DNA of 64,000 bases, taken from positions 6,144,001 through 6,208,000 of the forward strand of contig JASGJH010000001.1 of assembly GCA_047601445.1 (NCBI GenBank). The letters are read 5' to 3'. The notes under the pieces were generated by a model, which saw only the letters and a program-made list of their open reading frames with translations, searched no databases and was not told the origin of the DNA. The translations under genes and the position numbers were made by a program. Each line of letters opens with the position of its first letter. Position 1 is the first letter of the stretch. Shown here piece by piece: positions 20,105 through 28,378 of the stretch. This stretch comes from Myxococcales bacterium (lineage in GTDB: Bacteria > Myxococcota_A > Polyangia > Polyangiales > DASUME01).

Positions 20105-22042
20105 ATGAGCGGCATCGCGGGCATCGTGTGCAGCGGAGCGGACCCTCGACCCGGACAGGGCGCTGCGCTCGAACGAATGCTGAGGGCGCTGGAGGCCAAG
20201 GGCCCGGACGGTGCCTCGCGCTGGCAGGAAGGGCCTGCATCGCTGGGCCTCACCCTGTTTCGCAGTACGCCCGAGCAAGCGCATGAACACGGGCCGACAC
20301 AGGTCGAGCATGTGGTCGTGGTGGCCGACGCTCGGCTCGACGAGCGTACGGAGCTGCTCGATCTGCTCGAGGTGCCTGCCCATGCCCATGACGGCATCCC
20401 GGATAGTGAGCTCATCGCGCGTGCCTATTTGCGCTGGGGCGCCGAAGGCTTCGGCCGCCTGCGAGGAGATTTCGCCCTCGCACTCTGGGATCGACAGCAG
20501 CGGACGCTGTGGTGCGCGCGGGACGTGTTCGCGGTGCGGCCTTTCTACTACGCGGAACTGCCGCAGGGCTTCATGTTCGCCTCGAACTTCGAAGCGTTCC
20601 GCCAAAGCGAGCTGATCGCGGCCGCGGTGGATCCGGTCCGCGTGCACGACGCGCTCACCTGGCGCTGGCTCGAGTTCGGGGAACCGGGACGCACGTACTA
20701 TCGCGACATCATGCGCCTGCCAGCCGGTCATGTGCTGCGCTTCCAGGCTGGGCAGCTGCGCCTGCAGCGCGTGGATCTCTTGCGGCCCACGCGGGATCCG
20801 CTACCGCGGGACTCTCGCGAGCTGCCGCTGCTGTTCCGGCATCACTACAAGCGTGCGGTGGCGCGCCGCCTCAGAGCCGAGCGCCCAGTGGCCTCGATGT
20901 TGAGCGGCGGCCTCGATTCCGGAAGCGTCGTGTGCCTGGCCCGCGAGGTCTTGCGTGAGCGCGGCGGGCCGCAGCTCATCACGTGCTCGGTGTTGGGGGA
21001 TCCACCCCTCGACGGCGAGACCCCCTACGTGCGCGCCGTTCAGGCGAGCGGGGACCTTCGTTGTCACGACCTGACCTTTGCGCGCCTCCCAGAGCTCGGA
21101 CCCGTGATGAGCCGCTACTTCGAGCGCTCGCCCTGTATGCCCGTCGAGTGGGCCTACTGTCAGATGATGCTCGCCTGCTCGGTCAGCGCGCGCGAGGCGG
21201 GCGCCCGCGTCCTGCTGACCGGCGAGACAGGTGACATCGCCCTCGGCGTGGCTTGCAACCCCACACGCCGGGCGCTGCAGGAGGGCAAGGTCGTGGAGGC
21301 CTACGGGCTGCGACTGGAGGAGGCGCGCTTTGTGGGCTGGAGCGGGCGCGAGCTCATGACTTCGTGGCTCGCCGACAGCACCTGGTTCCTCCAGCAGGAC
21401 GTGCTGCAACGGGTGTCTCCTGCGTTCCACTGGGCACGCAGGAAGCGGCGCCATGCGGTCTGGAGGCGCGCGCTGCAGGCCGAGCGGCCAGAGCTCAAGT
21501 CGCTGCCGGAGCCCCTGGCTGCCGAGTTCTTGAGCCGCTTCCACGAGGTGCAGGTGGCCGCCGAGTGGCCCAATCGCGAACGCGAGGATCACTATTTCGC
21601 CAACGGAGTCGATCGCGGCATGGCCGGGGTCGGCGAGGCATACGACCGGGTCTGCAGCGCCCATGGGGTCGAGGCCCGCCACCCGATCTTGGACCGGGAT
21701 CTCGTGGAATTCTGCATGGCAGTGCCCTGGCGCGAGCGCCGGCTGGGAGGAACCAACAAGTCCCTCCTCAGGCGTGCGGAGATCCTGCCCGAGCTGCACG
21801 AGCGTCAGCGGCCCATGCCGAACGTGAACACCGAGGCGCGCCACACCATGTGTGCCCAGGTGGGACCATGGCTTGGGGACCGGCTTGCCAACGTGCAGGC
21901 GGCCTTTCAGTGGGCGACTGAGGACTACGTCAGGCAGCTCGAGCAGAGCTTCCGTGCGAGCCCTGCTCTCGGGGGAAACAGGCTCGACCAAGTGCTTGAG
22001 CTCATTGCGCTTGATGCCTGGGCGGGGCCGCGCGCGAGTTGA
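20105..22042 (+). CDS. Asparagine-synthetase-like lasso cyclase (C protein)
   Basis: N-terminus MSGIAG (Ser replaces the glutaminase Cys), GDFALALWD, ARD..RPFYY, LSGGLDS ATP loop, LTGETGD, RHPILDRDLVEF; flanked by RRE and precursor. Confidence 0.85.
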   Translation: MSGIAGIVCSGADPRPGQGAALERMLRALEAKGPDGASRWQEGPASLGLTLFRSTPEQAHEHGPTQVEHVVVVADARLDERTELLDLLEVPAHAHDGIPDSELIARAYLRWGAEGFGRLRGDFALALWDRQQRTLWCARDVFAVRPFYYAELPQGFMFASNFEAFRQSELIAAAVDPVRVHDALTWRWLEFGEPGRTYYRDIMRLPAGHVLRFQAGQLRLQRVDLLRPTRDPLPRDSRELPLLFRHHYKRAVARRLRAERPVASMLSGGLDSGSVVCLAREVLRERGGPQLITCSVLGDPPLDGETPYVRAVQASGDLRCHDLTFARLPELGPVMSRYFERSPCMPVEWAYCQMMLACSVSAREAGARVLLTGETGDIALGVACNPTRRALQEGKVVEAYGLRLEEARFVGWSGRELMTSWLADSTWFLQQDVLQRVSPAFHWARRKRRHAVWRRALQAERPELKSLPEPLAAEFLSRFHEVQVAAEWPNREREDHYFANGVDRGMAGVGEAYDRVCSAHGVEARHPILDRDLVEFCMAVPWRERRLGGTNKSLLRRAEILPELHERQRPMPNVNTEARHTMCAQVGPWLGDRLANVQAAFQWATEDYVRQLEQSFRASPALGGNRLDQVLELIALDAWAGPRAS

Positions 22043-22137
22043 CCCATTGCCGGGATTCCATCAAGATGTGAACGCCCGACGGGGGTCTGGCAACCAACAT
22101 CACGGGGCTGGAGCTCCCACGAACTTGGGGATGAATC

Positions 22138-22317
22138 GTGTCGAATCCGAACAACACCGTGCGCAAGTCCTACAGCGAGCCTCGTCTGGAAGAGTACGGT
22201 GCCCTGACCGATCTCACCCGCTCGTCGCTCTTGTCGATGAACAACCAAGAGAACCTGAAGACCCCCACCCAGTGTCAGATGCCGAACGGTGACCGGACCG
22301 GTCCCAAGCCCTGCTGA
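22138..22317 (+). CDS. Lasso-type RiPP precursor peptide, 59 aa: MSNPNNTVRKSYSEPRLEEYGALTDLTR-SSLLSMNNQENLKTPTQCQMPNGDRTGPKPC
   Basis: Translated by hand (not in the ORF track); GTG start after GGGGA RBS with an in-frame stop just upstream; exact YxxPxLxxxGxxxxxT leader motif; TGATG overlap with the next gene. Confidence 0.92.
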   Translation: MSNPNNTVRKSYSEPRLEEYGALTDLTRSSLLSMNNQENLKTPTQCQMPNGDRTGPKPC

Positions 22318-23477
22318 TGGGCGCGTACTCGCTCGGCTCCTACGCGAGCATGCTGGCGTGCCGTACCCGCATGCCCGCCTATTTCGAGGCGCTTGAACGC
22401 ACGGTCAAGCCGGGGTCCGTTGTCCTCGACCTCGGGGCCGGATTCGGATACTTCGCGCTGCTGGCCTGTCGCTTGGGCGCGGCCCGTGTGTACGCCATCG
22501 AGCCCGCTGAGTCGATCTCCGTGGCCGCCGAGCTGGCGCGCCTGAACGGCTTTGGCGATCGCATCGTTCCCATCCGTGATAGCTCGCGCAATGTGAAGCT
22601 CCCGGAGCGCGTCGATGTGATCGTCTCGGACATCCGCGGTGCGCTCCCGACCATCGGCGGTTCGCTGCGAACCCTGATCGACGCCCGCGATCGGTTGCTC
22701 GCTCCAGGCGGTACCTTGATTCCCTGGCGTGATCGTCTGTGGGTTGCCCCGATCGACGATCGCCCTCAGTGGCAGCGCTCGGTGCGCCCGTGGGCCGTGG
22801 TAGCCGAGGCGTTCGAGCCGGCTCGTGGGCTCAACCTGACGCCCGTCGAAGAGCGCCTGGTCCACTACACTCGCTCCAGCGAGCTGCTGATCGCGTCGTT
22901 CATGGCCACGCCTCAGATCTGGGCCGAGATCGACTATCACACGAACCAGAACACCGACGTCGAGGGCGCGGTGGAGTTCCAGATTGCGGAGCGCGGCACC
23001 GTCTACACCCTGGGCATCTGGTTCGACGCGGAGCTGATGGAAGGCATCCGCTACGCGTCGGGGCCGGAGCGCGGCACCGTGTATGCGAACATGAGCCTGC
23101 CGTTGAGCCAGCCGCTGAGCGTGCAGCCGGGCGACACACTGAAAGTTCGCCTTCTCTCCAGCGACATCGGTGGGACCTATCACCTGAGCTGGTGGACCTC
23201 CCTGATCCGCGGCGGACAAACGCTGAGCTCGTTTCAGCAGAGCGACTTCTTGTCGGAGCCGCTAGTGCTCGATCGCTTCAAGCAGCGTCTGCCCAACCAC
23301 ATGCCCAAGCTTGAGCGCCGCGCGGAGATCGTGCGGCAGATTCTGGATGGCGCTCACGCAGGGCTCAGCCTCGGGCAGATCGCAGCGAAGTTGATGGAGA
23401 ACTTCCCCGACCGTTTCGAGAGCACGACCGCCGCGCTGGAGCACGCCGCCAACGCTTTCGAGCTGTTCAACGGCTGA
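22317..23477 (+). CDS. Class I SAM methyltransferase with PRMT-like two-domain architecture
   Basis: MLxxxxRxxAY, VLDLGAGFG, VYAIE, LPERVDVIVSD, ARDRLLAPGGTLIP, GIWFD in a beta-barrel-like region. Confidence 0.8.
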   Translation: MGAYSLGSYASMLACRTRMPAYFEALERTVKPGSVVLDLGAGFGYFALLACRLGAARVYAIEPAESISVAAELARLNGFGDRIVPIRDSSRNVKLPERVDVIVSDIRGALPTIGGSLRTLIDARDRLLAPGGTLIPWRDRLWVAPIDDRPQWQRSVRPWAVVAEAFEPARGLNLTPVEERLVHYTRSSELLIASFMATPQIWAEIDYHTNQNTDVEGAVEFQIAERGTVYTLGIWFDAELMEGIRYASGPERGTVYANMSLPLSQPLSVQPGDTLKVRLLSSDIGGTYHLSWWTSLIRGGQTLSSFQQSDFLSEPLVLDRFKQRLPNHMPKLERRAEIVRQILDGAHAGLSLGQIAAKLMENFPDRFESTTAALEHAANAFELFNG

Positions 23478-23483
23478 CCGGTC

Positions 23484-24374
23484 ATGCCGACGTATTCGAT
23501 TCTGGGACTTCGGTTCGAGCTGCCCTGGAGCCTCGATCTGCCGGCAGTAGAGGAGCCGGCGGACTACCAGGTGACATTCGGCCCGGTCGAGGATGTTCCC
23601 GACGATCCTGCGATCGACTCGCCCTTGATGACGCGCAAGGGACGCGCGCTGGAGCTCTCCATGGGCGGCATCTGCCGCATGGTGGTGCCCGGCCAGGGCA
23701 CGCCCGCCCAGGTCGAGTGCTATCCCCACCGCGAGCAAAGCATCGAGGAGGTCAAGCGACAGGTCCTCGAGCACCTCATTCCGCGGCTGCTCTCACGGCA
23801 CTACCAGCTGGTGTTGCACGCGAGCTGTGCCGTGTTCGAGCACAATGCGCTCGGGTTCTTCGCTCGCTCGGGAAGCGGCAAGTCCACCATGGCGCTGGCG
23901 ATGGCGCGTGCGGGCGCCACGATTTTGGGCGACGACAGCCTGGTGCTCGATCGAGGTCCCGATGGCGCCATGGCGCGTGCGCTGTGGTCCACCGTGCGCG
24001 CCTTCAACGACAGCCTGAGCACCACGCTGGAGGTCGAGCGTCCCGACGCCGAGAGCAGCAAGATCGTGCTCACCCACGGTGAGGCGGCACGGCTTACTTT
24101 CGAGCGCGGGGCGCATCCGCTGAAGGCCCTGTATGCGCTCGAAGAGAGCGACGAGATCCGGATTCTGCCCATGAGTCCGCGCGAGGCCATGTTGGCGCTC
24201 CTGCGAGAGGCCTATCACCTCGAGTTCGACGACATGAAGGGCATGGCCGAACTGATGGCGCGAACCGAGCAACTCGGGCTCACGCGGCGCACCTTTCGGC
24301 TCGCCTATCCTCGCGATTTCGCGCGCCTGCCGGAGGTGGTCGCGCGCGTGCGCGCACATGCGGCGAGCTTGTAG
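23484..24374 (+). CDS. HPr-kinase-related P-loop kinase (lasso kinase-like)
   Basis: LHASC, Walker A RSGSGKST, LGDD signature; inside the RiPP operon. Confidence 0.8.
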   Translation: MPTYSILGLRFELPWSLDLPAVEEPADYQVTFGPVEDVPDDPAIDSPLMTRKGRALELSMGGICRMVVPGQGTPAQVECYPHREQSIEEVKRQVLEHLIPRLLSRHYQLVLHASCAVFEHNALGFFARSGSGKSTMALAMARAGATILGDDSLVLDRGPDGAMARALWSTVRAFNDSLSTTLEVERPDAESSKIVLTHGEAARLTFERGAHPLKALYALEESDEIRILPMSPREAMLALLREAYHLEFDDMKGMAELMARTEQLGLTRRTFRLAYPRDFARLPEVVARVRAHAASL

Positions 24375-24376
24375 CG

Positions 24377-26137
24377 ATGTCCCCCCTCTACGCCCGCGCT
24401 AGAGGCCTCCTGCTCCCACGCTGGCGGCTCGTGGTCCTCGCCATCGCTTTTGCCTTTCTGTCGGCCCTCACGGACGCGGGATTCGCGATCACAGCAGGCG
24501 GCGTGGCTGGCTGGCTGTTCGACAAAGCAGGCAGCCAGTCGTCGATTGTGGCGGCCTTCGGTGTCGATCGCGGCTTCGGCCTCGTCATGGGTCTCGGCCT
24601 GATCGCCGGCCTGCGTGCTCTCGGTACGCTCGGCGCGGCCTGGGTAACCGCGCGCCTGGGCTCGGAGATCGCCCACGAGCTACGTACGGAGCTCTACGAG
24701 CGCACGGCGTTGAATGCGCTGCCCCGGGTCCTGGCCCACCACCGCGGCGAAGTCGTCTCGCGGCTCCAGGACGACGTAGAGACCATTCAGGTAACACTCA
24801 CGTACTCCGTCACCGGCATCGCGCACACCGTGCTCTCCACGTTGATGGTGGGCAGTGTGATCTTGTCGATCGATCCCTGGGTCGGTCTCTCGTGTTTCGT
24901 GGGCGCCCCGCTGGCGGCGCTGGTGGTTCGTCTGGCGAACCGCCGCTTCTACGTGCTCTATGAGCAGCTTCGCCAGGACCACGGCATGCTCATGGGACGC
25001 ATCGAAGAGATCGTGGATGCGGGGGATGTGGTGCGCAGTCTGGGCGGCGAGCGCAGGGTCATCGAGCGCTTCACCAAGCTTTCGGAGCGCGTGAAACAGG
25101 CATCGCTAGAGGTTGCGCGCACGTCCGCTTTGACCAAGCCGATACTGTCCCTGGTGGGCGCCCTCGGCCTTGGTGTGCTGTTGGTCTATTGGAACTCGGG
25201 AAATGCGCCGGCTCCTGCCGAGCAAGCCGCGCTGTTGGCCGCTGCGGCCATCTTGATTCGCCCGCTCCATGCGGTGTCGCGCTGGTACGAGGTGGTGGCC
25301 TCGACACGCAGCTCGTTCCTGCGGGTGGACGAGATTCTGCAGACCCCACGAGTGGAGCTCGCTTCGGACGAACCCACGCAGCGACCGGATGCGCAAGCCT
25401 TGCGTGCTCGGGAACTGGCGTTCGCATTCGGGGAGACGTCGGTCTTCACAGGCGTGTCTTTCGAGCTCCGGCGCGGCCAAGTGCTGGCGGTGGTGGGCCC
25501 GAGCGGTAGCGGCAAGACCACCTTGCTCAGGCTCCTCACGGGCTCACTCGAGCCTGCGACGGGTAGCGTAGAGATCGACGGCAAAACTCGGGCGGACATG
25601 GAAATGCGCAGCTACCGCCGGCATTTTGCCTGGGTCCCCCAGGAAGCGCGCTTGTTGTTCGACAGCGTGGCCGAAAACCTGCGACTCGGTCGACCCGGGG
25701 CGAGCGACCTCGAGCTTAGCCAGGCCCTGCAAGCCGCCGACTTCCCGCTTTCGGCTCAGCACTTTCCGCAAGGCCTGGAGACCAAGATCGCCGACGACGG
25801 ATCGCCGTTTTCGGTCGGGCAACGACAGCGCTTGTGCATTGCTCGCGCGCTGCTCACGCAGGCGCCTTTCTTGGTGCTAGACGAGCCCACGGCTGCGCTC
25901 GACGAACGTACAGCCGAGGAACTCCACCGAACCCTGCTCGGGTTGCGCGAACGGTTGGGCGTGTGCCTCGCGACCCATCGCTTGAGCAGCGTAGAGCAGT
26001 GCGATTGGGTGGTCGTGCTCGAGGGAGGGCGGGTGGTCGAAGAAGGGCGCCCCGCAGATCTGCGCCAGCGTGGTGACCGCTTCCGTTCGCTGTTCGCTCA
26101 GGACATCGTGCGCCTGGAGGCGGGCAAGGTCGGCTGA
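24377..26137 (+). CDS. ABC exporter, fused permease and ATPase, no peptidase domain
   Basis: N-terminal TM helices; GPSGSGKT, VPQE, FSVGQRQR, LVLDEPT, THRL. Confidence 0.9.
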   Translation: MSPLYARARGLLLPRWRLVVLAIAFAFLSALTDAGFAITAGGVAGWLFDKAGSQSSIVAAFGVDRGFGLVMGLGLIAGLRALGTLGAAWVTARLGSEIAHELRTELYERTALNALPRVLAHHRGEVVSRLQDDVETIQVTLTYSVTGIAHTVLSTLMVGSVILSIDPWVGLSCFVGAPLAALVVRLANRRFYVLYEQLRQDHGMLMGRIEEIVDAGDVVRSLGGERRVIERFTKLSERVKQASLEVARTSALTKPILSLVGALGLGVLLVYWNSGNAPAPAEQAALLAAAAILIRPLHAVSRWYEVVASTRSSFLRVDEILQTPRVELASDEPTQRPDAQALRARELAFAFGETSVFTGVSFELRRGQVLAVVGPSGSGKTTLLRLLTGSLEPATGSVEIDGKTRADMEMRSYRRHFAWVPQEARLLFDSVAENLRLGRPGASDLELSQALQAADFPLSAQHFPQGLETKIADDGSPFSVGQRQRLCIARALLTQAPFLVLDEPTAALDERTAEELHRTLLGLRERLGVCLATHRLSSVEQCDWVVVLEGGRVVEEGRPADLRQRGDRFRSLFAQDIVRLEAGKVG

Positions 26138-26170
26138 GCCAGGCGCGCCAAGGGACCGCGTTCGACGTAT

Positions 26171-27037
26171 TCAGGAGCCGATCAGCTCGAACTCGTTCTC
26201 ATCGTCGTGACTCTCTTGAGCATCGGCGGTGACCTGCGCACGGCGCTCGGCTCGCAGCTTGTTGACGCGGGCCACGTCGACCTTGAGTCGGGGCAATAGG
26301 GTCCGATTCACCAGCTCGAGCTTGGTCACCATGGGGCGCGTAAGTGGACGCTGCTTACGTACCATCTCGTAGAACTCTTCGAACACCGTGGCGATGCTCG
26401 CTTCTACGCTCGCGTTTTGGGCGCGCGCGCGCTGGGTCCGATGCTCCGGCCGCACTGCTTCCAGCGCGGCGCTGAGGTCCCCACCGCCAACGAACGAGAG
26501 CGCCTCACGCACGGTGCGCTCAGGCTCCTCGAGCATCGTGTCGTAGGCCCAGAGGCGGAGCGGGTACTTGCGGCGCAGACCGTCGACCAGCAGGCCGTAG
26601 TTGCAGGTCCACCACTCGAATACCGGGTCGAGTCGGGCCGGCGGCTCGAAGTTGGGGTGCTTCTGACGACGGGAGTCATCCTCCATCTTCCACATGCGTC
26701 GGCGCGACTCCTCGTACTCGCGGAAGTCGCGCATGCTGGCGATCACGCGTCCGAGGTAGCGCGGGTTCGTCCGCACCACGCCTGGCACGAAGATCTTCAC
26801 CACGTGCTTCTCGAACTGCGCGGGATCGAGCGCTCGACCCGTGGTCGGATCGAGCTCGGCCTTACCGTAGACCCCGCGCCGGAGCTTCGACTCGTAGAAC
26901 CCTTCCGGATTCGCCGCGCCGATGCTCTCCTTCCACTGACCAGGAAAGCGCTCGCCGAGATAGGGTAGCCCGGCCGCGATGAGGACTTGCATCCACATCG
27001 ACGTTCCAGAGCGTTTGGTGCCGGTGACCACGATCAC
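26171..27037 (-). CDS. Sulfotransferase-like P-loop protein
   Basis: N-terminal VTGTKRSGTS matches the 5'-PSB loop pattern GxxRSGTS; NPEGFYE; YDTMLEEP. Confidence 0.6.
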   Translation of the reverse strand: MIVVTGTKRSGTSMWMQVLIAAGLPYLGERFPGQWKESIGAANPEGFYESKLRRGVYGKAELDPTTGRALDPAQFEKHVVKIFVPGVVRTNPRYLGRVIASMRDFREYEESRRRMWKMEDDSRRQKHPNFEPPARLDPVFEWWTCNYGLLVDGLRRKYPLRLWAYDTMLEEPERTVREALSFVGGGDLSAALEAVRPEHRTQRARAQNASVEASIATVFEEFYEMVRKQRPLTRPMVTKLELVNRTLLPRLKVDVARVNKLRAERRAQVTADAQESHDDENEFELIGS

Positions 27038-27071
27038 GGGGAGAGCTCATGGCACCGGCCTGGCCGGGTCG

Positions 27072-28145
27072 TCAAACCTTCTGGTCGGGCTTCGCGGGCG
27101 CGCTCTTGCGCCGACGACGCGTGAGCCACAGCGCGAGGGCCGTGAGGGACAAGGTGCCCAGGCCATTGCCCATGGAGTTGCCGGTGGTGCTGCAGTCGCA
27201 GCCACCGCCGCCAACCTCGCCGCCGTCTTCGCCCGCGTCTTCGCCCGCATCCGCCACGGGTTCGCCGCCATCGGGTGTGCCGCTGTCCACATGATGGCCG
27301 GCGTCCACGCCGCCATCCGTGTGCGTGCCGGCGTCCGCGACGCCGCCGTCCGTGCCGCCGTCGGTTTCGGTTCCGCCATCCGGCGTTCCGGCGTCGGGCA
27401 CAGGCTCGTCCACGCCGTTATCGCCATAGAGCGAAAAACCGAGCGTAACGTTGGGATAGTCCTGGGGCAGCGTGCCGCCGTAGAAGATGTTGCAGTTGCC
27501 GAAGGGCAGGTAGTGAAAGGGCCCGTTGATGCCGTTGCTCGCCGTGATCTCCGTGGTCTTGTAGCCGCAGTTGGTGCGCAGCGCGAGCTGGAGGTCACCA
27601 GGAGCCGTGGAGCGCTTCACCACGTCGACGAAGAACTTGCCACCTGGTGCCGTGTCGACCGTGACCATGAACCAATAGCGTCCTGGTGGGAGGACACAGG
27701 CGGTCGGCAGCTTGTAGCTCAGGTCGTAGGGCGCCGTGATGGTCGGCGTCACCGCGGAGGCGGAGCAGTTGGGGTCGGCGAGCGGCTGGTCCGGCAGGTT
27801 CGACGCGCTGTTGCTCCAGATCTGAAACGTGAGCTTCGGATCGAAGGCCGGCACGCCCTGATACCTGCCCTCGATGAAGACTCGCTCGAGGGACCAGTTC
27901 GCACCCTCTGGCACCAAGAAGTCGTCGGCGACCTCGGTGTCGTAGGTCCAGACCGGGTTGCCGACCCCGTCGTAGGGATCGTCGGTCTCGTCGTAGGTGT
28001 CGTGGAGCTCTGCGAAAGCTCCCGACCCTGCCTGAACAGGGCCTGGATTCGAGTAGAGCACTTCCTCCTTGTGCTGGGCGGAGGCCACGAGCGGGAGGCT
28101 CGCGGTGACAGTGGCAAGAACGGACAACTTTTTGGCAGCAGTCAT
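27072..28145 (-). CDS. Secreted protein with MYXO-CTERM tail
   Basis: Signal peptide; VADDF beta-sandwich-like domain; DAG/DGG linker; GGGGCDC...LTALALWLTRRRRK. Confidence 0.75.
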   Translation of the reverse strand: MTAAKKLSVLATVTASLPLVASAQHKEEVLYSNPGPVQAGSGAFAELHDTYDETDDPYDGVGNPVWTYDTEVADDFLVPEGANWSLERVFIEGRYQGVPAFDPKLTFQIWSNSASNLPDQPLADPNCSASAVTPTITAPYDLSYKLPTACVLPPGRYWFMVTVDTAPGGKFFVDVVKRSTAPGDLQLALRTNCGYKTTEITASNGINGPFHYLPFGNCNIFYGGTLPQDYPNVTLGFSLYGDNGVDEPVPDAGTPDGGTETDGGTDGGVADAGTHTDGGVDAGHHVDSGTPDGGEPVADAGEDAGEDGGEVGGGGCDCSTTGNSMGNGLGTLSLTALALWLTRRRRKSAPAKPDQKV

Positions 28146-28378
28146 GTAAGTGCTTCCCCGGTCTTAGACGTCCCTAGTGCACTGGCTTATGTAACGCCGT
28201 GGCGACTGCGAGGCAATCCCGAGTCATGACGGGCACATGTGCACATGTGTGCCAGACACGTTCCGTTGGTTGCCCGGTCCCAGTCAGGAGTTCAAAGCAG
28301 GTGGCCGAGGCTCACATTAGGCGCCCCCGGCCGGTACCGTTCCGCAACCGCAGGAGGTTGCTCGGTCTTTGAGGGGGC

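Noticed and set aside
20105..22042. Ordinary glutamine-hydrolysing asparagine synthetase
   Set aside because: The N-terminal catalytic Cys is replaced by Ser, and the gene is flanked by an RRE and a leader-bearing peptide
22285..22299. Integrin-binding RGD motif in the core peptide
   Set aside because: The sequence is NGDRT, which is neither RGD nor NGR
28240..28254. Minus-strand sigma54 promoter TGGCACACATGTGCA
   Set aside because: GG-to-GC spacing is 9 nt, not the required 10
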